Part shown: positions 13,726 to 24,409 of the stretch, in pieces | How positions within the stretch are numbered: the stretch's first letter is position 1 | Layout of the letters: each line of letters starts with the position of its first letter | Origin: Nymphaea colorata | Lineage: Eukaryota | DNA: 64,000 bases | Assembly (NCBI RefSeq): GCF_008831285.2 | Contig: NC_045138.2 | Coordinates: forward strand, 21,266,001-21,330,000 | Direction of reading: 5' to 3' | Position numbers and translations under genes: made by a program | The notes under the pieces: generated by a model | Seen by the model: only the letters and a program-made list of their open reading frames with translations | Told to the model about the DNA's origin: nothing | The model's database searches: none

Positions 13726-15940
13726 TGTGCCCGAACCCATCCAAGGTCGGGGGTCACTTGAGGCCTTGGCCAGGAGGTCAGCAGCTAGCCGAAGCCAGCG
13801 CCATGCAAGCGTCTGGCTTTAGCATGCCAGCCATCCAGGGCAACAGGCTGGGCCATTATTAGGCCATAGCATGGGTAGGAGGGTTGCGACTTTTGGACGA
13901 GCTGCTGTAGTCATTCACGTCCATGCCCGACCTTGTCGAAGGGGCACGACCAACAGCCATAAACTTGGCAAAAATTTCAGCCTGACAAGGGGCACATGGC
14001 CAAAGAACCACTCTCCTTGGCTAGGCAACCAGTGGCTAGGAAGGCCGTGCATACTGTCTAGGAAAAATTAATGGTGAACAAAAGAAACTTGGGGTGTCGA
14101 GCTTGCCGGCGACGGAATATCACCCAAAATACTTAAAAAGGGTGGAGGCAGCTCGACAATTGGCTCCTCAGTGTGGCCAAGCCAAAACACATCCCTCCGA
14201 CCAAGGCAAGACTTGATAGTAAGAGATGGCAGGCTGAAGTGACGTGACCCTTCGGCCGAGAAGAACTCAAGAACTGGATGGCCTAGCTAAAGGGTCGCAT
14301 TATGTCAAACAAGGCATAACCTAGACAAGGATGGATGGCCAAAGGACTTAACCTATGGTGCGGAAAGAAGTTTGAATGCGGAAGCTGCTGGAGATGGAAC
14401 TCGGCGACGATTGCTGCGAGGCCGCAATGGAGAGTACCGAGGGAGGTGCGGAGGATGCCTACGGTGCTCATCCCGCTTGGCTGAGGGAGGTAGCAATGGT
14501 GCTTGCAGGGACTGCGGGGAAACCGCAGATGAGAGATGCGGTTGGGGTGCGATGGCCTATGATGCTTGGCCCGCCTGGCCGAGGGAAGTAGCGACGATGG
14601 TGAAAACCGGTGAGCTTGGCCGTTAGTGAGAGTGAGGGCGAAGAACTCGTGGGCTGCCTAGATGGTGTTGTGGAGATGTAGGCAGGACACGACGCTATGG
14701 AGAGGAGCGCCCATACAGGTTGTCCGCTTGGAGAGAGATCCTAACTACCGGACTCCAAGGAAAGGGGGCGAAGCTCGGAGGGAAGGAACTTAGTGGAGGA
14801 ATGAGTATGGTCTGGGCTAACCTGAGGTATGAGTGCGAGTTAGGACCGATGGGTAGAGTTAATAGGGTGCAAGGTTAAGAGGGTGGTTGTGACGAGCTTG
14901 GGATTAGGGACGTGTAATAACTAGGGCTAGGACTTACTAGGAAACTAGGGACTAACAAGGAAGGTTAATGGCTAATCTCGGTAAGGAAGGATGGAGTTAA
15001 GGCGGGTGGTTAAGGATGGGCTTGGAAATTGAAAGTGGAATAAAGGCTGAGCTCGGAAATGGTAGGGGAGTAATGGATAGCTAGGGACTCGGTAAGGGGG
15101 TTATGGTAGGGCTCAGATGAGGAGGAGGGGATTAATGGCTTGGGTAAGAATCCAAGAGGGAAAGAAGGGGATTACGAGAGAGGGGGGAGGTGAAGTTAAG
15201 GCGAGTTAAGACTTACCTTAAAAGCACCCTTGGGACTCGAAGGGCTTGGGCCTCATGATGATGGCATGTGGCAAGATAAGCGGTTGGAGATGAAGGCTTG
15301 ATGGCGCCTTGGGAGCTTGAAGGGCATGGGCCCTAGGATGTTGACACGTGGCGTGATGAAGGGGAGATGGAGGACTTGACCGATAGGTGCTTAGGGAAGG
15401 GGCGCGAGGAGTTATTGCACTCCGGGACTCCTCAACGAACTTAATGTTGCCCAGAAGACGAAGCGACCTCCTCGTCAAGGTTGATCGGGCAGTCAACAAG
15501 CGGCGGTTGGAATGCCGCCAGAAAAGTAGCAACAGCGAGTTTTTCGGCCACACTTCTTGGGTTGCTGCTCGTGGGCAGGTCTAGATGCGACTTGGCTCGA
15601 CGTCACTAGCTTGACTGCGCGATTCTTGCCGGGTTGTTGGCTTGGTATCAGCCCCTCTCCACTTCGGCGCCACTCTCACTTGCAAGAGAGCTCCCACAAC
15701 ACCGTGGCTCAATGCTTGGCTCCGCCAAGGGTCCGATGCAAGTGCTACTGGCCGTCTATCAGCAGCGCTCACAACTTCCACTCGGGTTCACCACACACGA
15801 ACCAACTAGCGATTGCTTGGCCGACCTTTCCGGTCACAGTCTCCCTGGATCATACAGGGGGAGAGCAACTTACTAGGGCCGCACTTTACAACGCCCGTCA
15901 AGACTAGGAATCCTCCTTCCTGTCCAACCGATCTTCTTCC
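13726..15940. mobile_element. GC-rich, probably retrotransposon-derived internal sequence (unclassified)
   Basis: GC content rises abruptly. Purine-rich imperfect repeats occur at 14800-15200, no host-gene motifs are recognisable, and the block sits next to an LTR-like segment. No diagnostic domain was identified. Confidence 0.35.
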
Positions 15941-16800
15941 TGATGTGCCCGGGGAGAAAACCAGCCTCCTAGGGTCAGATTCAACCTTGTTTAAGAACAG
16001 CGAGAGCGATGGAACCGAGAGAGTTTTTCGGTACCAACCTGATTCTCATGCCGGCGGAATGTCACATGCGGATACTAGATGGGCAAAACCGCGACCCACT
16101 CTTCTCCATGTCCTCTCGAGTCACGACCGGCCTCTAACATTTCTTCGTGTTCAAGGAGGGTTGCATTGCGAAGGACTTGCAAATGCATCGGGGAAAGATA
16201 ACGTAGGTTGTCGGCTTCAATGGCAGCTACCACCTTTGTCGATCAGCTCTTCTTCACTTGGGCAGAACCACGACCTGCAAGTGCTTCGTACACGCCTTAC
16301 TCGGCGGGGATTTCACGCCTACACGACAGGGAGTACACGCCTACATGGTGGGGAGTCACACCACTCGGGTGGAGGAGAGAGAGGCAGCACCTTACTCAAA
16401 AGTATATTTGATTAAATGACAAAATGATGAAATGTTACAACTTGGGCGGGTTTATATAGCTCCCACGTCTTGGTTCACATCAACCTAACCCGAGACGGAA
16501 AGAATCAAATGACTCAACAAATGAAAGGATAAAATGACTCAAACAAATAGAAACGACTGAGACACTTAATACTAGATGCGCCTCTCTAAGCAATCACTAA
16601 AAACAGACTAAAGAAGGCTAGACGCTAGATTGACTCTATTCTAGACTCTTCTAGGCAGACTCGAGCTGGACACGACCTAAGGCTGGATTCCATTGGCTTT
16701 GACCGAAATCTGCAAAGTACGAGGCTTGGCTAATCTGGTTGCTTTATACTTGCCGGTAGTAGAACCAATCTTTGCCACTGCAAGTAGCCTTCCACCGTCG
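15941..16800 (-). mobile_element. LTR-like segment of a putative Gypsy-type retrotransposon (right boundary uncertain)
   Basis: The minus strand shows CTATATAAACCC...TTGTAACATTTCATCATTTTGTCATTTAATCAAATATAC (TATA/R-like, 16405-16462), then a U5-like stretch ending ...GGGCACATCA at 15941. No PBS or TSD was found. Confidence 0.45.
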
Positions 16801-17558
16801 TCTTATGCCTTGGCTCTTTGATGGATGGATTGATGCATGCAGCTGCTACACCTAAGTGTGTGGCTGGCCCTGTGCTGTGCTTGGTGTTTCGCGTCCCTGG
16901 CCTTGACTTGCCCCAACGGTATCACTACTGTCTCCCGATGGGTTCCTCTCTGCGCTATATTCATGGCGGCAGCCCTAAGGTCGCGTCTGGTTGGCATTGC
17001 TCGTCCGGGCCTGTGCTGGAAACCAAGTCGGCTGCTCCTATGCTAACCTCGTTGGAGTGGCCTTTCCAGGGCAGCCTCCTTCTATCTTCTCGGGCGAGAC
17101 TGAGGTTTCTTTTCCTCTAGCAGTGCCCTTTTTTGGCCGCAAGTCTCCTTGCTCTTTGTTCGGCCTTGCTCTGCCGAACCTCTCAAGATGACATTGGCCT
17201 GGTGCGGGCCATCTTCTTTCTACTGGCGGCCCTAGGGCCGCTTGTTGGGCTGCAGCTCGTCTTGCTTTGCCTCTAGCTTCAGCTTCTTCTTGCTGTAGCT
17301 AGGGCCTTCGTTGCGCTCGTTTTGCGCATCCCCAACCAGCCTCGGCCACTCCGTCGGCGGCTCTCGGCTGGACCTGGAATTGGCTCGCAACACTCCACCC
17401 TCTTTACACAGAGCTTGACCCCAAGCTCTTGCTATACTTTCCCGGAGTTAAGACTGAAGCTCATCTTCTCCTTCCAATGGACCTTCTTCATCTCGATCTG
17501 GCCCGTAGTCTCTCGGTAAGAGTTCAAGAGAAGTCTTCCCGTGAAGGAACGCCTTGGC

Positions 17559-20500
17559 CCCCTTTGTTCTTCTTCCAACTTGGGACCGTAGTCGCGAAGA
17601 AGTTTTCCTAACAGTGCTCCCCGATGTCCTTGTTGATCGGGGTTAGCGTGGCCCTCTGCCCCTTGTTGCCCTCTTCTTCTGCTGGGCGTCAATACTATCT
17701 GTGCTCATGTCTCCACGGTGCACCTTCCATGCATTAGCCGGTCTAGCCCCTGGGCCAATGCCCTTTGCCCTTGCCCGAGCACCCTCAATGGTGTGGGGTT
17801 CCTCTTACAAGTCCCTTGTACAGTTGGGGCGTGGGGCTCTCTGCTCATGCTCACCTTCGAAGCTTTAGTTACTTCTTCGGTTTGGGTAGCTCCACCCTCC
17901 TTCGGCTTTGCTATGGGTGATACGAGGTCAGGCGCCAATCGCCTCCTTACCTCACAGCTTGAGGGTAGACTCTTGCTCGTCGTGCCTGTGGATGAGTTGA
18001 GACATTGTTTGGCCTCCTGGGAAGGCTTGTGGTAAGCTGGTCGCATGCTGGAAGGATCTCTTCCAGGGGATCCGGTTCGGGTACCATCCAGGGTGTTGGG
18101 AACATCCTTGGTGAGCTGGGCCCTTCGGCCAGTGCCCTGCTTGGAAGCGGCTCGTCCTCTAAATTCGAGCTTTTCTCTTTGCCGATCTCTTCCGATGCTT
18201 GCCTCTGTAAGGCTTCCTTTCCTCTCCTTGCCGCAGCTCCCTCGGGTGATTGATTGTATCCACCCTCCTTAGGATATTGCCTAAGGGCTGCGGTCCTTTG
18301 GATTGATGTGGCCTCTAATGCCACTTCTTCATTTTCGCCCATGGGTTGATTCGAGCTTTGGCAGGCGCGGTTGACTTCTTGCATCCATTCGGTTGAAGTC
18401 CATGATTCCTCCGAGCTGGTTTGCTCATGCTCTACCGGGTCTGTCCATCCTGTTGAGGGCATGTCTCACTTCCCTTTGGCTCGGGCTAGTGCTTCTTGGT
18501 TGACTGGCAAACATCCACCGATATGCTCTTGCATCTCCCGTCCTTCTCACCTTGCCGGTCACTTCTTGTTGAGGGAAACTTAGGATTGCCTGGGCGCTCC
18601 CTGCGGCTCTAGACCGTGGGTGGTCTGCCAGGGTGTTGGTACATGCGTGCCGGTAGGCTCTAGCATTTTCGGTCTTCCTTGACTTGTACACCTCAGTGAA
18701 GTGCGGCTGTGAGCTTGCTTCAGGGATGTTCTTTGTAGGCAAGGCTGGAGGGTTGCTCACACGCTGGTTGGCATACGCTCGTCGATAAGCCTGAGCATCT
18801 CTGGTCCTCTTGGGCCTGTTTTCTTCGTGCGGTTGGCCTGGTCACAAGGTTGCTCTTGTTGGATTCACCAAAAGGAACCACTACCGGTTGGTTGGAGTAT
18901 GCGCGCCGGCAGGCTCTGGCATCTCCAGTCTTCCTAGGCCTAATTGCCGGTTCCGGTTGGGACTGAATCCCTTGCTCCCGTGATCTGAGTGCTATCGAGA
19001 GTGAGATGCCATGTTCTTCAGGTTGTCGGTTACTGCGGCGAGATGGCTCAGCCCCTGTTGATTGCGCCTGTTTGGCGGGGCTGGCACGCCTTTCCACTGC
19101 GTGGGCTTGCGGGCTTCTACTACTCGCAGGGTTCGGTTGGGAGGGTTCCACGGTCAGAGTATAATGATACTCCCAGTTCCTGACCTTAATTGTCTCTCCT
19201 GGAAGGATGTGCACGATCTCTTGCGGCTGCACCACTCGTCCTGCTACTTCTAGCTTCCCCACTTGGACGATGTTGGTGATGCATAAAACTTGGCTTTGCG
19301 GGTTCATCTATACTTGAAAATGAAATTCTTCTAACCCTAAGTCTTGGATGCGCACCTCGCACTCGGAACTTGACCCACCTAGTTTGTATCTCCATTGAGA
19401 GCCTTGTACGACTTCCGATCCTTATCACAGGATCCACTTGTATGCGAATTGGCCCTTTTTGAAAGCATAAATGACAACATCCCACTCTGGTTGGCTGGGA
19501 CTTGAACTCCGATGGTCTCGAGGGCTGCTTGCCCTGTTGGTACCGATACTCCTGTATTGGTTCTTGTAACCACGTGATCTTGAAGTGTCTTTCGACATGT
19601 TGTAGTGATTAAACTCGTGTCACTCAGCCGCTCTAGCGAAGTTTTATGCATCACCAACATCGCCCAAGTGGGGAAGCTAGGAGTAGCAGGACGAGTGGTT
19701 TAGCCGCAAGAGATCTTGCACATTCTTCCAAGAGAGGCAATTAAGGTCGGGAACTGGGAGTGTCATTATACTCTGACCGTGAACCCTCCCAACCGAGCAA
19801 TGCAGGTAGTAGAAGCCTGCAAGCCCACGCAGTAGAAAGGCGTGCCAGCCCCGCCAAACAGGCGCAATCACCAGGGGCTGAGCCATCTCGTCGTAGTAGC
19901 TGGCGACTTGAAGAACGTGGCGTCTGACTCCCGATAGCACCCAGATCACTGGAGCATGAGATTCAATCCCAACCGGAACCAGCGATTAGGCCTAGGAAGA
20001 CTGGAGATGCCAGAGCCTATTGGCGCGCATACTCCAACCAACCGGTAGTGGTTCCTTCTGGTGAATCCAACAAGAGCAGCCTTGTGACTAAGGCTAAGGC
20101 GCAACCGCGCGAAGAAAGCAGGCCCAGGAGGCCTGGAGACGCTTAGGCCTATTGACGAGCGTATGCCAACCAGCCTGTGAGCAATCCTTCAGCTTTGCCT
20201 ACAAGGAACAGCCCTGAAGCAAGATCACAACCACACTCCACTGAGGTGTATAAGCCAAGGAAAACTGAGAATGCTAGAGCCTACTGGCACGCATATAGCA
20301 GCACCCTGACAGACCACCCACGGTCCAGAACCGCAGGGAGCGCCTAGGCAATCCCAAGTTTCCCTCAGCAGGAAATGACCGACAAGGTGAGAAGGACGAG
20401 AGATGCAAGGGCATATCGTAGTGCCCGAGCCAAAGGGAAGTGAGACCTGCCCTCAACTGGATGGACAGACCGGCAGAGCATGAGCAGAGAGCCCCACGCT

Positions 20501-20743
20501 CCAACTATACAAGGCCTTGTAAGAGGAACCCCACACCATTGAGGGTGCTCGGGCAAAGGGCATGGCTAATGCATGGAAGGTGCACCGTGGAGACATGAGC
20601 ACAGATAGTGTTGACGCCCAGCAGAAGAAGAGGGCAACAAGGGGAGGGCCATGCTAACCCTGATCAACAGGAAGGACATGAGGGAGCACTGTTAGGAAAA
20701 CTTCTTCGCGACTACAGTCCCAAGTCGGAAGAAGAACAAAGGG
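17559..20743. repeat. Large imperfect inverted repeat: left arm ~17559-19291, spacer ~19292-19638, right arm ~19639-20743
   Basis: Inner match: 19240-19291 CCTGCTACTTCTAGCTTCCCCACTTGGACGATGTTGGTGATGCATAAAACTT against the reverse complement of 19639-19690. Outer match: 17560-17730 against 20575-20743. The ORF track shows near-identical peptides on opposite strands, e.g. EMAQPL.IAPVWRGWHAF.LRGLAGFYY and TPSRRRGQQG.GHANPDQQ. Confidence 0.92.
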
Positions 20744-21299
20744 AGTTGCTATCAACTAGGCCAGCTAGGAGATCTTATAATTCATTTTTGATATGTTTAT
20801 TATGTTTTTTACATTCTTGAAAAATTGTAGCCGCGACAAAGTTAGGTTATTCACCTTTGTGATTATGGTTTGTTACATTCTTGAAAATTTGTAGCCGTGA
20901 CAAAGCACAATGATGCGAGCTTGATAACAACAACCATTGTTCTTGTTCGAGATTGTTTGAATGATGCCCATGCTGTTGATCTTGTGTTGTTATGATGTTA
21001 TCTACCGTGACGGAAATGGGATTGGTCGATGTTGCACATAATTCATTATTTTGAAATTTAGTTTTGTGAATGAAAACAAAGACTAGCTAATCGATGGAAG
21101 TCTTTGATCTTAGTTGTCTGAATTGCTAATGAAAATAGTGGTAATTGCAAATTCGTATTCAATAACTATATCATATGCACAGAAAATATTGATTTGCTAT
21201 ATTAAGGGCCATTTATTGATTAGTTCTTTTGTTATATATTGTTAGAATAATAACTGCAGTAATTTTTGGTTTTTAATTTGACATTGATTATGCCATTGC

Positions 21300-21546
21300 T
21301 AGTACCTTAATCGAGTTTGTCGAACCGTAATCAAGTTGATATATTCAAACGAGCTTGTCGAGTCTTAATCAAGTCGAGCTCGAGCGCAACATGTAATGAT
21401 GAATATTAATTCTATTCAAACGAGTTTGTCGAGCCTTAATCAAGTCGAGTTGTTGCCGATAAGCTATTCTCGAGCTCAGGTTTCATTAGTCGAGCCGACC
21501 TCGGGTTGACTGAACTCGGGCTTGACTCGGCTCGTGTTCACCCCTA
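21300..21546. mobile_element. Right terminus of a TCGAG-rich hAT-like non-autonomous element
   Basis: CGAGC/TCGAG-rich subterminal repeats end in ...CTCGTGTTCACCCCTA, similar to the termini at 10580 and 24018. The partner end was not identified. Confidence 0.55.
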
Positions 21547-22824
21547 GATGGAATGGAGGAGCACCGCTGATTGCCGTGAGACAATTTTGACTACCGCTTG
21601 AGGTTGTTTTTACCGATGACTATGGCCCTCAGACAAACCTCTATGTGTATTGCTGAGGTATTATTATAGCAACGTCCGTTGCTTCAAACCAACTGGCATC
21701 GTGCCAACCGATAGAAGTCCCTAGCTGTGAGGTCGAGATTTCTATGATACGTTCGGGGCTTTGGGCTTGCTGTTTATACTCTCTGGTCGCGGATGTAACC
21801 TACCCTACCATACATCTATTAAAGTTTCGAAGCAAGTTACCAAGGTATGACCTTCTAGGTTTTACGCTTAGGGCGATTTCCCCCATGCTAAATTAAAAAA
21901 GAAAAAATAGGCTATGGACATGGCCAACTGATTAGTCATATAAATTGGATCCATAGCTCTGTTATATGCATTTTATCATGTATGAAGAAGAAAAACAGTA
22001 ATACATGCAAAAGAAATGATATTTTTTTCTCTTGAACGACCATGTTGGTGACTGCGTTAGTCTGCTGGTATTGCTGATATGGCCGGTTTCGCCGCAAGGT
22101 AAAAAAAAGTTGCAGTAACGGAATGGATTTGCTAATGTGTACCTCTTATGTCATGCTAAATTTTCTAGCATGCTATTGTGTAAGGATAAGAAAGACAATT
22201 AACACATACAAGGAAATGAAGACTTAGTTTTACGTGGTTCAGTGATAGCTTCAATTGCGGCGGGAAACTCCTAATATATGTCTTTTATTATTTCATGGTG
22301 AGACAGAACGATAAATACACGAAGGAAGCAAGTTGCAATGGTAAGGCTCTATAGGTAGGTAGATGGGGGCAAGAAATACGAGATGTGGATGTCATTTGTA
22401 GTTCTTTCATGCATTAACCATAATTTGGACAGAGAGCTATCTTCTTTAAATCCATAAGGGTCAATAGAACGTCAACTATTAACTGATTGTTTTTTGTCAA
22501 TTGGGATGGAATTCACACTATATGGATAGTCTCGTGAAGATACAGACCAATGTACTGATTGGGGCTGCTTGTTCAAGGCAATGGAATGTTGGTCTTTAGC
22601 CCTCCAAGTTGAAGGACGGGGTAAGGAGAGTCAGATATCAGCAAGGCTTATCATATCAGTAATCCATGATATCAGCAAGGCTTATCATATCACTGCCCCA
22701 CTGACCCGACCAACTGCACTCTACCCCTTAAGGTTCAAAATAGCTTCTTGAACTCCAAATTTCTATTTTCCAAGCAAATAATTTGTAACAACTTCAACAT
22801 ATCAACTTTTGTTGTGTTATATCT

Positions 22825-24176
22825 CTTAGCGTATCATATTTGACGAAATCCGAATCTGGATCTGATCTTGAAAATACACCACAAAGGTAGGGCTGCACAT
22901 GAGCCGGGTCGAGCTCGACTCGGCTCAAAGATCAATTTCGACTCGAGTTCGAGTTGAGCTGCCCAACACAAGCTTGAGCTCGACTTGATTATACAAAGTC
23001 GAGCTCGAGCTCCACTCACTTAACTTGTTTACTGCATCTACGCCACAAAACTCTTCTTGCTCCTTCCTTTTAACTCGTTTCTTGCATCTCCATGTTTTTC
23101 ACCCATCTACTTCTTTGCATGTGAACAGGCAAACCTATTTCTTGTTGTAATCAAGCACATAATCATGTCCTTTCTTTTGTCAAATACATCATCAATGCAA
23201 CATAGTTCAACAAAAAACTTGAACATAGTTCAACAAAAAACTTGAAAAAACTCAGAGAAGAAAAAGGGGCTATGCCACAAAGCCACAAAGCAACAGAGAA
23301 AAAGAGACGGAGAGCGAGAAGACCTGTAAACCTTGTGGACGGGGAAAGGAGGAGGTAGCAAATAGTCCCTCAAGAGCAGTGAATTCGAGCGTTGATGGCG
23401 TTTGAGGCAGCTACAGCGAGAGAAGGGGAAAGGCGATGGATGCGTCTGATTTCTGGCAGGTTTTATTTGGGCAAAATCAATTGGGAGGAGGAGGAAGAAG
23501 AACACCAAAGAGAAGAAAAAAGGAAGGCCGAAGAGGTACCTAGTGTGAAGGCGAGAGAAGTTGCAGCAAGAGCGAGAGGGACGACAGATGCGTCTGAGGC
23601 AGCAGCAGCGGCTGGCGAGAGAAGGCAGCAGCAGCGGAAGAGAGAGAGAGCAGTTGGAAGACAACAAGTGCCCTCAGGTCGTGGTCGACGGAAGAGGGAA
23701 GACAACAAGAGAGAAAGAGCAGACGAGAAGAAGGAAGAGTGAACAGAAAGAAGGAAGAGTGAAGACCGAATGGGAAGAGAAAAAAGTTTTTACCTTAAAC
23801 CGGTGAATCGGTTTATTCAGTTTAATTGATTTAATATAACGAGTCGAGTTGAGTTTAAATGAGTCGAGTTCTTGCAACTCGAACTCGACTCGTTTATTGA
23901 TACGAGTTTAACTTTCAGCTCGAACTCGACTCATTTATAAATGAGTCAAGCTCGAGTCGAGCTTTTTCAAGCGAGTTCGAGTCGAGCCCGAGTTGGCTCG
24001 ACTCATTGTGCAGCCCTACACAAAGGCAGTGCGAACAACATAGAGTTGAAGAAAACAGAAAGAGAGTTGAGGAAAAAGGAAATCAACACCAACCTATAAT
24101 ATCCCATGATACAAGAAATAAAAAACTATCAGGCCAGCTAAAGAAATCAAATCTCAACACATGGATAAACTAAATT
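22825..24176 (+). mobile_element. Diverged, truncated copy of the Copia LTR at 26540, split by a hAT insertion
   Basis: 22825-22887 joined to 24027-24176 aligns by eye with 26540-26762. Shared blocks include TGATCTTGAAAAT, CAACATAGAGTTGAAGAAAA, GAGTTGAGGAAAAAGGAAATCA and GGCCAGCTAA.GAAATCAAATCTCAA. Confidence 0.8.
22888..24018. mobile_element. Non-autonomous hAT DNA transposon, 1131 bp
   Basis: Perfect TIRs TAGGGCTGCACA / TGTGCAGCCCTA, a perfect 8-bp TSD CACAAAGG (22880-22887, 24019-24026), and TCGAG-rich subterminal repeats at both ends. There is no transposase ORF. Confidence 0.92.
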
Positions 24177-24409
24177 GCTAATGTGTACTTCTTATGTCAT
24201 GCTACGGTGGTGGTGGGTATGCAGCTCTTAACAAATTCTTCCAAGATCATTGTATTGAAAGAAGAATTTCATGTCCTCATATACATAAGCAGAATGGCAT
24301 AACTGAAAGGAACATCACACTCTTGTTGAAATGGGTCTCTCTTTCTCCTTAAACATGAAGGTGTTCTAGCAGATTTTTGGACATGTGCATTTAGGACAAT
24401 AGCATATTT

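Noticed and set aside
13800..14150. Possible plant mobile domain fragment on the minus strand
   Set aside because: Only a vague AFL..WL similarity, which cannot be supported without an HMM search.
23230..23877. Cluster of Glu/Arg-rich ORFs
   Set aside because: This is low-complexity GA-rich interior of a non-autonomous hAT element.
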